The translations under genes were made by a program, and so were the position numbers. A model generated the notes under the pieces. That model was not told the origin of the DNA. It ran no database searches and saw nothing but the letters and a program-made list of their open reading frames with translations. This document shows positions 48,351-62,263 of a stretch of 64,000 bases of DNA, one piece after another. The first letter of the stretch is position 1; each line of letters opens with the position of its first letter. This stretch comes from Geosiphon pyriformis uo1 (lineage: Eukaryota; Fungi; Glomeromycota): assembly GCA_016748015.1 (NCBI GenBank), contig JAAOMT010000483.1:124001-188000 (forward strand). The letters run 5' to 3'.

Positions 48351-51090
48351 TTCATTTTGCCTTTTTTCAAATCTGCTTAATAAAATTACATTCACAATAG
48401 AACTTAAGATACAATAAAAATTTATGTTTGCCAGTTGTTTTTATGGTTTGTTGCAATCATGTTTTTTTAGCCAAAAAGTCTGGTTGGCTTGCAATACAAT
48501 ACCAGACACAGTATACAAAAAAAAATTAACTTCAAATAAAATAGATGGTGTTTTAGCTTTATTATAATTACAATTGTTATCTGAATTCTTATTTTTTTTG
48601 AATTGCTTCTTTGTATATATAAGGCACAAACCATTAATTCACAAATTTTGTTCTTGTAGGATATGACACAATCTTTTTGGCTTACTATTTTTATCTTGCA
48701 TATTTTGGCTGATCTTTATTTTATCTTAAATAAACTATGTTGTATAACACTTTTATTGTTTGTCTTTTTTTTTAAAATTCAGTCTTGTTAAAATCAAAGT
48801 ATTACTTATATAAGCATTATAATTAGATAATTGATCAAAACAAAATATTTTTTACAATTAAAAATAAAATATTTAAAAAGAAAAACTGCTTTCTGTACTA
48901 GTTGGTTAACTATATTGTTATTTTTCTACTAATGATCTCAAAATGTTCCTGGCTTAATAATAATTTTGGCTTTTGTTGAAAGATTCAGTTTTTTGCTATT
49001 GTTATTACTAATATGCAATGTTTCATAACATGAGCACATAAAATCAAAGACCATTAAGACTTAACTTTTATCTTTTTTTTTGATATGTGGTTCTTTTTCT
49101 ATAAGATATAAACTGAGTTGGTTATTAAAAACATAAAAGTATGTTTTATTATAAGTGACTAAAACATGTTTTATAGAGTTAATAAACGGATTTAGAATTG
49201 GTAATATTATTAATTTCTTATTCTTTGGTTCAAATAACTTTATAAAATAAACATATTACATCATTTTTATTATAAATATTTGGCAATATACTACAATATT
49301 TTTCTATTTATGCCTATTATAATAAATATCTTGCTTAGTTTTGCAAAATATATAACCCCATTTTTGCATATATTAAATTATAGTAGATTTTGGAACATAA
49401 TAATTATTGATATTGAAATATTGTAAAATGATTTTGTTACAAAAAAAAACTTGTAACAATAATACTTTTTAGTCTTCAAATTTTGTATTATAAAGCCATT
49501 TTAAGCATGTTTTTTTAATGTTTTTATTTATAAACAACAAAGTATGCTTGATATGCTTGTCTTGAAATCTTGAAAGAAGTTGGTTATAAAAAAAAATAAT
49601 CTGTTCATTTGTATAAACAATAAGCAGCCTATTTATTTCTCTGATTTTTTTCTTTTTAAGAACAGAAAGTACAATATGATTACTATTCTTGACTTTGTTT
49701 TTTTTATTTAATATATTTGTAAAGTATAAGATTAAGCACTATATATGAAAATAATTGAAAGTGGTTAAGGATAAAGCTTGATATTTTTGTTTATTATGTA
49801 AAACACTAAGTTTTTCTTGCAAAAAACAAAGCTTTTTTTATATATTGTAGTTGGCTTCATTTTTTTTTATAATTACTATTTGATTCTGGTTCTTTGTCTT
49901 AATAGAAGATTATAAAAGCAAAAAAATAGTAATTAACTTGTATGTTTTTGCAATTTGTATACATTTTCTTTCTATTCTTTTTTTGTACTTTAGATTGCTT
50001 TAAAATTCACTTGTATATGCTTTTTTTAGATAATATTAAATTTTCTCATTTCAAGAGTTTTTGTTTATTCTTATAAATTAAAAAATTAAGTTTTGTATTT
50101 GAAATTATATTTTTACTTTTATCTAATTGTTTATCTTTACAATATGATAGTTGTAATGTTGTCTTTATTTTTAATTTTTTTTGTTTTTTTTTCATATTTT
50201 GAGCTTTTTTATTTCTAATCAAATAAATAAAAATAATCAGCACATAAATATAAAATTATATAAAAAAAAATGTTAATATATATATACAAATAAGATATTT
50301 TGTATTTAGAAAGTTATTGATATAAAAAAAAGATGAAATTATTGTATTATTTAAAATATATACAGTATACATTTATATTTTCGACCAATTAGACAAAATA
50401 ATATACATATAATTTTCTTATATAATCTGTAGTAAAAGATTCAATTTGTTTATTAGCTATATAAAAGAAAGTAATTTAAAATATTATAACTCTATTAATA
50501 TTTGTTTAATTATTAAAAGGAAAAACAAGTTTTAATTCTTAAAAACAGCTTAAAAAGACTTGTTTAATAGTTTTTGTCTTCTTATATTGTATAAAATGCC
50601 TTAACATTTTGAATTCAAATCTTAAAATATGTAAGTTAAGATAATATACACCACTATAATAATAATAATATTATTATTATTAATATTAATAATAATAATA
50701 ATAATTAAATAAATAATAGTTTTATTATTTATTGTTAAAAAATCTTATAATTGTCTTAATTTGTATTATTTAAAAAATGTTTTTATAATATTTTGTTTAA
50801 CTATTTTTATTATTAAAAAACAAGATCTTTTTTATAAAAATAAATTATAATATAAAAAACTTTACTAATATAATAAAAACTTTTTAATAATAACAATAAA
50901 AAATTGGGTTAAAAATGTATTTTTAAATTTAAACACAATAAAAACAAGTCTGATCAAATACATAATTATTTTAATTAATAATTGTAATAAAAATTAAAAT
51001 AAAATTTATTTTTACAGTTTGAAGAAAATGTTCAACAGTAAAGTCAAAAACTCATTTTTAAAATAATATTAACTATACACACTTTTTTAG
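48351..51090. other. AT-rich degenerate region, probable TE relic(s) of unknown class
   Basis: No credible ORF; GC falls towards 51 kb; not recognisably the Gypsy interior. Confidence 0.45.
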
Positions 51091-51202
51091 CCTATTTGGA
51101 ACCTCAAAAAAAAATACCTAATATATCATGTGCCATCTAAATTCTCGCGCTCTATCTATTAGATTTTCCATCTTAAAATCTCTCCGATATGACCTTTTTC
51201 AC

Positions 51203-51940
51203 TCACATAGAACATTGACACGAACAGTCGCTCACTGGACAATACTTATGTTTCTGGAACCATTGTAAAATGTGAATTGCGTGGCCACCATGACGACAAG
51301 TTTGACACCATGTAAACCAAAGATCAAATCCAGCTGGACCTGTGTAAATATAAAATTTTAACCAGGAAAATATTGCATTATCAGGTGAGTGAAAATTTAG
51401 TTAATCATATATACCGTCTTTGGTGGATGAGGGTGCATGACCATCTTGGTTATAAGGAATCTGTGCTCTCAATGAATCAATCGGCGTACCAAGGTTTAAT
51501 AAACATATAGAACATCGCGGAAGAGGTAATCTACAGTCGGGGCAACATGTGGTCTATACAGTGTGATAAAAAAAGTTGTTTTCAATTTAGAAATGAAGGA
51601 CATAATTTGAGAACGAATCTTTTCAATTACCATTCCATTACCTTGGCTGGGGTTGTGGGTCCAGCAGTAGCACCATTAAATCCCTGACGTGATTTCCCCT
51701 CTTTGCCCTTGCTTGAGGGAAGACGGGTATTATGAGCAATACTGTGGTTACAAAAATTGCATCGGACTGATACTTGGGGTGGGATCATGTCTGCCGCAGC
51801 TGCATGATTAGGACCAACGTGTTTACCACGCTCTATGTCAAATCTTGCACGATGATGGAACATTTCCCACTGATCTAGAAGTTGACGATAACTTTTTAAA
51901 AACATCTTGTAATTATCAATAAAAATAAAGCTGAAAGGGT

Positions 51941-51986
<46 letters not shown>

Positions 51987-54900
51987 AATAGTGATACTAT
52001 TCTCACCTCTCTACCCAGTGAATCACCCGCGTATCTTTGAAACGACGAGGAACACAGAACGAAAGTGCTAAACTGGCAGTCTGTACGTCTCCCGTGTTAT
52101 TTACGTAGTTTTCGAAAAGGTTCACACCCTCTGGGGTCAACCCGGTTAACACAACACCTTCGATATCTCCAGCATGTACCACTCTGGCCGTTGTTTCTCT
52201 AATGTAAGCATCCAGCTGATCAAAAATTGAAAAGACAATCACATATTCTAAGTTAAACAAGATTTCATTTCACAATGTTAAAAACAGTTAGATATTACCC
52301 GTTCGTCATCCAAGAATCGCAATGCAATACCAATTCGGTCACTTAAAGATAAACCTTCTTCGTGCAGTACGTCTGACCATTGCCCTGATGCGATATATGA
52401 GAACATTGCTCGAAGGTAAGGGTCACGCATTTCAAGACTTAGATTCTTGCACATTTCGCGCCATAATGGGCTGGCTTGGTATGTTTCATCCTGGTTATGG
52501 ATTGCATAACCAGCTAGCGCCGTTGAAATCAATTTCAGTCGTTCATCTTTTTGGGAATTTTAAATATAGCTCAATAAAAGTGTACATCGAACACACGGCA
52601 AAAGATTCAAGTCTAAACCTAAATACTTACTTCGACTGTTATTCAGTGCTTTGATAGCTCGTTCAGCCCATCCGTGAAACAAGGCCCATGCTGCAGCCTT
52701 TTCAAATTCTTTAGAATTTTCCATCCTAACGAAAAAATCGAAAAGTAGATGAACCTTTGATTTTAATTTTTTTGATTAGGAACTCTAATGTATTAATGAT
52801 AAAAATCAAATGCGAAACTACCTACTTGACAAGAGTCTCCTCTAATTCCTTTCTACCAAAACCCCATCCACATATTATCAAGGATAATTTACGTTGTGCT
52901 GGTCTGAGAGTGTGCACAATTGGAATCTCATTTGTATCAATAATTTGTGATGATATACTGCTACTACTGCTACCAACCCCGCTCTCTTGGTGATCAAAAG
53001 TAAATCTTGACTGAGAAACTTTAGACATTGACATCGTAGAAGATGTGAACTTTTCTCCACTAATAGTGCTAAGAGATGCTATTTGCCAGATCAAAGAAAA
53101 ATAGGTTTTCTAAGACTGCTAGGGAAAATTCGATAAGCTTTGAAAAATGGAAAGAGAAGTTACCTTGCCAAACTGTATGAATCCCATAGTAGCTAAAATC
53201 ATTATTACCAATATGGGTAGTGTGATCCAGTGCAAACAATTGGGCTTCTAAATTCAATAAGAGTAAAAAATATCAAATATGTTTTATCTAACATCAAATA
53301 AAGATTAGTGCTTTTTAATTACCGGCTATCCAATTCCAGAGAGTTTTTAACTTTGCTGAATGCCGAACAATATCTTCATTAGTTCGACACTATGAATAAG
53401 AGGGAAAAATTAAAAACTAGTGATATGTAAAAGGACTTTCAAAATATTGGAGATTTGTATTACATGCATTGAATATCTCTGCAAAGCACGATCTCGCATC
53501 AGAACTGAGATATCAGTGTTCAACAATCGAAAAGGCGATAATAAACTATCGCAATGGCTCATCTCAAAAGCGCGTTCCTCACGAACAACTTTCTTCTGCT
53601 GCTTTGAAGCCATACCATGTAATCGGTTACCCAACATACCAATATCTTTGTCAGTCATATCGCCCGGTCGAGGCGTTCTATTACCACTCTCTGTTTCTAT
53701 ATCGTGGTGTACACTCAAAAAAGAGGGGGATTTCAGCCTCTCAGCTGCCGCTGTGAGCCTTTGGGTGTTAAGTTTATGACTACTGTGGTAAAGGTTTTCC
53801 GGTATTGGCTGTGGCCCTAATTGATCATAGTGTTTTCCCGTTTTGATTTTGGTGCCATCGTCTTCATCCTCGTTACCAGATTCATGAAGAGATCCTTTTG
53901 TCTCCATGTCATATACGTTAACACATCTTCCGCTTGCAACAGACATATTGCCACGTGGATCCCATGAGATTTTTAAACTTTCTTCTCGTTTTAATGTTTC
54001 AATAATTCCATCTTTGTTAATTGATACAAGACGATGCGAAGATGCAGAAGTAATCGTAGGTATCCAAGCAAATGAAGTGAGTGGCTTTGAAGATCCTTTG
54101 ACTAAGGGAGTTTTAAATTTTTTTAAAAGCAGTCGATATTATCCAATTTAAAAAAAATTTAAATAGGATAAATACTTTTTCTCGATTTCCATAAGATAGG
54201 TAGATCAATATCTTCTGAATTCTCAATTGGTTGTGTATGAGCACTGATGCCACCATATCCCAATCCAATATTCCCTTTTTCATAACCAGCAGCTGCTTGT
54301 CTGGCTAATTCAGCAGCCATAAATGTGCTCGAGTTGGCCGTAGCAAATGACGAAGATCGTTGCGGCAGTGTAGGTGAAACAAATAAATATTTGCTATTGC
54401 TTTCTTGAATATCCCATAATGTCAAATGTGATGAATCTTTTTCCAAAACTGCGAGCAAACCGGATCGTTGAGGTGAAAATGCAACACGTACAGGTCTTGA
54501 TTCTGTTAAAATGCTCAGAACGTGAAAATTTTTGATCAAGGAATAGGTTTTGATTAAGGTAGAAATTTTAGAATAATGCAAAAAACCTTAAAAGGATATT
54601 GGCTCACTGATTTTTCGATCATCCCAAAGATGAACAGTACCAGCCTCTTCAAAAGAAGCAAACCGATCAAAATTAAAGGGATCAATTTTAACGCCATAAA
54701 CCGCTTTTGTTGGAACCATACTTGCTTGATTTGAAGATTCCACTGTAAAACATGATAAAATAATCATCTTATTTGTCAGATTTTTTGATTGCATAAATAT
54801 TATTCTTATTAGCAATTAATCTTACTTCGCAGATCATATATCCGAAGGCATTTTCCACCCATACCAGCTAACAATCTTCTTGGATTAGTTGGAAACCAAG

Positions 54901-56147
54901 AACATGAATTAATGGCTTCGTTCAAACCATAAGAATGAAGAGGTCTTGGTTCTTCAACTCGAGATAAGCTGTTTAAAGGATTATATTTAAATCAGTTTAA
55001 AGAAAATAATTTTGATATGAAATAAAGAAATATGAATTACTTTGGAGCAGATGATGACAAAAGAGGCGCGATAGGCAAAGGCCTAGGAAATACCGGATGA
55101 TCTTGAAAATTAAAATTTGATTTTGTCATGGATTCTGTGAATATAACCAATTCATGCGATTATTTCTTCTCCAAAAACCCGGAAGACGCGTAATTTATAA
55201 AATTTTAATACGCAATTCGGGTAAATCATTCCAAGAAATTGTACAGAAGACAAACTGACAAACCTGCTATAATGGAAGAATCATCCGTAATAATTGGAAC
55301 AGGTCCACTACCGAAATTTTCAACCTGCACACCTCGATCACTCCATCCACTAATACTACCAGTTCTGCTTATTGGCTGATCAGGTGATATTTTTGGTCCA
55401 CTGAATTGTCTTTTATAATCACTGGCGGTTGGGATGGAACTATTGGTTGCTTGTTCCAGATCCCATATCAATAATGAATAATCGTTTCGAACCTTTTCCA
55501 GACCTGTGGCCAATAAATTTGGTTCGACTTCGCAAAATCTTACAACATTACATGCTCGTAAGTATCTAACATTCAATTGTAGTGGTTGTTGAGATGACGA
55601 CGTTGGCAAGTAAGTTGGTTGTGTGGTCATAGGTGCAGATTTAGTAGAGGTGATAAAATTTGATGAAGGAAGATTTTCAGTCATTGCATCATCGCTTAAG
55701 TTAACAAGTAATGTTTTTCCACTGGTTTGGCCCACTGCGATTAAACTTTGAAAATTTGGATCCGGTGACCAAGCAAAACACTCAAGTTATCAAACCAAAA
55801 ATCATGGAAAAACAATTTTGAATTGAGAGTTTGAAGGGGAAATCATTCAATAATTTGAGATTAACATAATCATCAAAAATCAATTATCGTCATGTACCTT
55901 CATTAATCCCAGGTCAGAATTGATAGCAATCATCTTTGTTGCCTTGGTGTCGTCAACATTCTAATTAATTAATATTTGACGGATTTTTATCTTAATCCCT
56001 GTATACATCGAAATTTCTTTGACAATCTAAACGAACCTCTGGCTTAAATTCATATAATCTCAGGTCATTTGATCCAATCAAAAATTTATTGTCCCCATCG
56101 TGAGGTGACCATAAAATACGGTGTGTTCTTAATGTTGACATTTTCAT
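51203..56147 (-). CDS. SEA4: GATOR2/SEA complex subunit MIOS (Sea4), multi-intron
   Basis: N-terminal WD40 ([25 protein letters not shown]), [39 protein letters not shown], and C-terminal Zn domains LPRCSICL and [31 protein letters not shown]. Confidence 0.95.
51942..51986 (+). repeat. (GAT)15 microsatellite in a SEA4/MIOS intron
   Basis: Perfect 45-bp run between exons. Confidence 0.95.
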
Positions 56148-56329
56148 TACTTTTTCACCCAAAAAGTTAGGAAATATAAAGAATCTTTCAAAAAGACATA
56201 TTTACGTATATGATTGGATAGTGATCGGCGTAAAAAAGATGTCCACTTTCACATATACGTATTTAGAAAAGATCTGTGAAAATAAGAATTGTGATAAGGT
56301 TTTAACATATAACACTCATTAAAAAGCTA

Positions 56330-57440
56330 AAAACAGTTTTAATCCACCAAATATAAGTTTTTTTTTACATTAAACCTAATATCAAGGTTTAACAATTTTT
56401 ATTATTTACATATTTTGACAATTATATTACAAAAAAACTTGATTTAAATTTTTATATTAAAAACCAGTTTTTTATATTTATATTAAACTTATTGTAAACT
56501 ATTAAAATTTAATAAATTTTATCAAAAATTCAACCAAATAAGTTAAATTTTGCAGCTAATTTTTTAAAAAGTTTAATTTAAATTTAAGATTTAACAAAAT
56601 AAGATATAATTAATAATTTAATAATTTAAATATAATAAATAGCTTAAAAATAAACTTTAATAAATTAAAAAAGTGGTTTTATAATTAAAAACTAAATAAT
56701 TTAAACTTTAATATTTATAATATTATTAATAATTAAAATTTTTTATTAATTGTTAATTATAATATAAAATTAAAAATCTTATAAATTACATATTTTTTAC
56801 ATGTAATTAATTATTCAAATCAGTTAAAACTAAATTAAATTGAAATTATTAAGGAAAATTTATTTTGTAAAAATATTTTATTTATAATAAAAAGCAAAAT
56901 TTTATTATTATTTATATAATAATAATACTCTTATTAAACTTAATATTAAAAAACTATTATTTAATTAAAAATATTATTATTAACTATATTATTAGAAAAT
57001 TTTACTTTATTATTAAATATAAAACCAATTTTAATCTTTAATATATTATATTTTTTACATAATTTACACATATTATTTCCAAAGTTTATAATCAAAATTT
57101 TAATTATAGCATATTTATTTTTTAATTTAAAATACAGAATAAAAGAAATTTTAAATATTTTAATAACTAAAATAATTAAAATACTAATTGGTTTAATAAT
57201 AAATATAATTAATTCAAACTTTAATAAAGTTAAATAAAAACCAAACATAAAAATTAATAATAGTAATAATTAAAGATAAAACAACAAAAAAAACAAAAAT
57301 TTTAATATAAAATTTAATACCAGTAAAATAGAATTTAAAAATTTTAAAAAAAATTACAAATTTAAATAAAAACTTAAAAAAAAAAATATTTTTTATAATC
57401 TACAATTACATAATAAAAATTTTAAAACCTAAAATATTAA
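56330..57440. other. AT-rich desert between the MIOS promoter and the LINE D tail
   Basis: Near GC-free composition. Confidence 0.55.
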
Positions 57441-57577
57441 TTTTTTTTTTATTAACACATTTAATGAGTGTAGCCCAATCACTATCTAGTACATAAAGCC
57501 AAACTAAGAGACTCAAACTAAATGCGATTCACGTACTTTCTACATGTGGCTAGCCACTTAGGCCAGACAAGGCAACG

Positions 57578-60500
57578 CTACACACCAATAACAACCCACA
57601 CACTGCCACCCAGACCAGAAAAGAAACAATAAGGCTTCTGACAACCAAAGCTAACAACAAAAAAATTGGCCACACCAAGCAATCTTATAACACAATCAGA
57701 CAAAACTGAAGACACACTACAAGAGAGCCCAGAAACAACACTATTATCACAAACCAGACCAGTCTTCTCTATCACCACCTGGTGGCTGGTCTTAGCCAAC
57801 CACACTTTAGCACGATGTAACTCAACCACGAATCTAACATAATCAACAATCTGAGTAGCTGCTACCTTTTTATCCTCAAAAATACTGCAAGCTTTCTCAT
57901 ACCACTCCCCCAACACAAACCCTTTGCAAACCAGAGTGTACAACCCAACATCAATGGAACATTAAGACAAAACTCGCAATACGGCAGAAGCAAGGGAACC
58001 ACCAGCCAAAGCTAACCAATGGGTAGAAGCCTCAGCCAAAATCTCACTACGAATGCCAGACTCATGAACACAAATAAAAGTGTGGTCAGAGAACTCCACC
58101 TCATCGCAAAACAAACATAATACACTAGGATAGTGCTTATCATACAATCTTTTCCTTACTGCCACTGGCAATTTTTTGTGCACAGCCTTCATAATATAAG
58201 TGCAAAACATTGAGAATACCTGGCTAGTGAACCCAGTGAGCATATGAGAATCAGGATGCCACACTTTTGCCATGACAACCCAGTCTATGCAACCAATCAT
58301 TGCATCCAGAACCACATCACAACCAGGCCCAGCTTCTTAATGAGCAGAACAAACAGACCAAAAAATATTCCTGATAAAATAATGGACATTACCAGAAACA
58401 GCGACACCCTCAGCAACCAAAAAATGTTTACACACATTGGCACAAAGAGAAAAAGGAGATCCAGAGGCAGCCCCAGCAGCCAAGTCAGCTTCCACATTAC
58501 CAGGAATTCCAGAGTGGCCTTTTACCTTAACCCAACTTACACTAAGATCCTTATCCCTGACCAAATTGAAAATATAATGCCTCTCTAGCCAGCATTGATT
58601 ATGGAAATCAGGGGCAACCAAAGACATCTCAGACACACATGCGTCAATAACAGTCTGGCTGTCAAGATGTAACACCACAGTACTTGAAGAAGGAACACAT
58701 TCCAAAGCCAAAGTGACAGCCTGCAATTCGGCCATAGTAGATGACAAAAGGCCATTAACAGTGATACCAATGCTCTTATCCAAAACCAGAAAGTATGCAG
58801 CAGTATCACAGATGACCTCAGCAGAGCCTGTATTCCTCAAAGACCCATCCATAAAAACTTCAAAAAAGCCTGACCAAATGTTATACAATCCATCTATTAC
58901 CGCAGAAAATTTTCCAGACTCCAAAATGTCCAAACCAATTTTTTCTGCAGAGTCAATAGAACCAGAAAACGAACAACCCTGACTCTTCAAAAACTCAGAA
59001 GAAACTAAGAACCAATGAGGCACAGGACCACGCAGATCCAATCTCTTCCAACAACAAAAAGTTTTCCAATCCAACAAAACACCTTTCTTATCAAAAAGCC
59101 GATCACCAAAAGTGACACCAAAGCATCTAAGAGATTTAACCGAGTCAAAATACAGAGACTTTCCAAGAATAGAAGACAACAGAAAATAACCAGAACTATG
59201 AAATGCAGTGGGGAGATTGTTCACCAAAGAAAGCTCATTGCCCAAAAAAATTTTTATCATCCCAGCCAAAAAATTGTTCACTGGACTAACACACAACCTG
59301 ACTGGAAACTGCAAAGGATCCAAAGGAGCCCAACCAAGAACCTGCAGATCCAAAAACCTATGTCTAAACAAACGCCCAAGAATACTAAAGGCATTAAAGA
59401 ACATTATCAAAGCAGCAATCTTTCCCTCTGACTGCACCTGCTCAAAAGATTTCAGGCTATACAATGAGGGATGATACAAAGCAGCATCAGGAAAATCATG
59501 GGGAAGACAAGCCTTAAACCTAAGACCCTTTCTAACCAAGACATCCCACTTGTGACAAACATTAAAAGGAACAAAACTGAACTGAATATAATAGCTAACA
59601 ATAGGCTGCAAAACAGCCAACACCAGATAGGAGAACTGTTTATCTGTAATAGCTTTTCTAAGCACAACATTGACGAAAAAACGCACATCCACATGAGCCT
59701 TGGCAACACTTGGCTTGGAGAGCCTCTCAGTTGACAGAAAAATACCCAGATACCAATGTGCTTCCTCTTTTTTGGCAATAGAAATTGGCTGACTGCAAAT
59801 GCTCAGTGAAGCAACTTTAACACTCTGATTGATGAGAATAGCTACCGTCTTTTCACTGTTGATAGAAATATCATTGATCACAAAAAATTTACTGGCAATG
59901 TTCAGAGCATATTGAGTAGAAGCCTGACAATTCCCAACTCAGATCATATTATCAACAAATGCACCAGCCGAAAAATACAATGTCAAACTATTACTGCTCT
60001 TAATTCTGCCAAACTTTGCAACAAACTTAGTATCAATCCAGTATCCACACAATTGTTTGTGCCTCTTAACCTCACACAAAAGTGAATTGTAAAAAATTCT
60101 CCATAGAAGCGGCAAAAAGATCTCACCCTGATCCAGCCCATCATGCACCTTATAACCACCAGACAAACCAAAGTCAGTCATTATCCTATTAACTCTATCT
60201 TCATGAATACCACCAAAAAACCTTATGAACCTTTCACACATCTTGACACACTGCAAACTAGCTCTTAAATGATGCCATCCAACTGAATCATAAGCTTTCC
60301 GCATATCTTGCAAGACCAACCATAACTCCCTATCCTTCTTAATAGCATCCTTAATCACTGAACTAACAACAAACATTGAAGATTGTGTAGACGTACCCTT
60401 CAGCACCAAAAAATTGTCACCTCGAAGAATGTTGAACTTGCTACAAGCCATTGAAATACAATTAGACAGAACCTTAGAAAGAATCTTCCTGGCAGTCTCA

Positions 60501-62263
60501 ATCAAAGCAATGGGCCAAGTGTTCGTAAGAACTCCATCCCAGTCGTAAAGCTTAGGAATCATTGACACCCAAGCCCTCTTCCACAAAACAGACACCATCC
60601 CAACAGACAAACACTTATTAAACAGCGCCAACAGGCACCCCAAAACCACCTCACCACCATGTTTCCACAACTCATTAGGAACACCAGACAAACCAACAGC
60701 CTTGCCATCAGACAGACCACCAACAGCAGAAAGTAACTCACCTATACTGATTGCACTCATAACATCCGAAAAGGCATCATTCCAAATATGGTCCAAAGGT
60801 GTGTACTGACGAGCCCAAAAATCAGAAAGCTCTGACTGCACAGAGCGTTTCCTTATCCACCCCTTCATTATCTTATTTATGCTTGATTTCACCTCTTCAG
60901 GCAACAAAACCAGATCATTATCAACTATCAAGTAATCCAACACCACCTTGCGAAAAGGCTTTTCCAACACACTTCTAATTATACTACCCTTATCTGAACA
61001 GAAATTATCTATGCGCTTCTCAATCGCCTTCCTAACCAAAGCTTCCTCAGCCAATCTCGACTCAAACATCTTCGACTTCCTGTAATCTCTGTGAACCAAT
61101 GACAAATGCCTAACAACAACTTCAGATTTAACACTCGAGCCAACCAAGTCCTTGAAAGCACAAGCCTTCGCATCATCCAGAGTTGACCATTTATTCACAA
61201 GACAATTAGTACCCAGCAAGTCACCCAAGCAAAATTTCTTGACAATCTTGGCCACCAACAATTTCAGACCAAAAAACCTAGAAGAATGTTTGTTTCTTGA
61301 ACACTTGAATTCACTAAACCAATGTCTCAAAAATGTCACATCAGCAGAATCTACCACAGTCCCCACCAAAACTGCCCATATAGCATCCACATCATCACAT
61401 ATTTCAGCACCAGAGAACACTTCACCCAAAGACAAGAGTTTTGCCGAAGAGAGATCTTTAAACTTAGCCCATCCAGTACAGTCAGCATTCTTGATTTTAA
61501 ACTTCCAATGATCTTTATTCACCTGCTTACACAAACTATTCAACTGTATATCTAAAAGCCCATCCAAACCGACCGAAACCATAACTGCTCTGTAATCGGT
61601 GTCAAAGAAATCTGAAACAGAGACAACTTGATGACCAGCAACAGCAGAAGACAAATTACCACCAACAAAAATGTAATCAATTGTTTTCCCAACCCCTTTC
61701 GAATTGCTTCACATATAAAAATCAGCCAAATAATGACCAATGAATGAATTGACTAAATCCAAACTCAAACAAAACTTGAAACTAACACTTCTACCAGATC
61801 CATTCTTATTAAAGTCCCCACCCAAGATAACAAAATTGCTGGAGTTGACAGCCTTTGCAATGAGAGAGTTAACTTCAGAAGCCTGACCAAACCTAGCCCC
61901 AGAAGAGGCACCAGCATACAACCCCAAAACAGTAACCAATAGCTTGCTCTTAAACAAGAGCCGAACAGAAACAACCTGACCAGGAATCTCCTCCACCTTA
62001 GATACATGATGAGCTAAAGAAATGTTCATAATAATTGCAACTCCAGCACCCATAAAACCTTTATCCAATCCTAAAGAAAAGATTTACACTCCATTAAATT
62101 TATCTTTTATCCATGGCCCAAAAGAGGACCTTAACTTTGTTTCAGTGATAAAAGAAACCATGTTTCCCAAGTTTACATGCCAACGAACTATATTGTCCTG
62201 CTTCGCAGGAATGTTCATGCCCCAAACATTGCACGTAGCAAATTTCTAGACCAGACCGCTCAT
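57578..62263 (-). pseudogene. LINE D ORF2, disrupted
   Basis: ORF pieces 61709-62068, 59939-61654, 58337-59881, 57962-58315 and 57578-57943. Confidence 0.92.

Noticed and set aside
51942-51986. (GAT)15 as a coding poly-Asp/His/Ser tract
   Set aside because: It lies inside a GT-AG intron of SEA4/MIOS.
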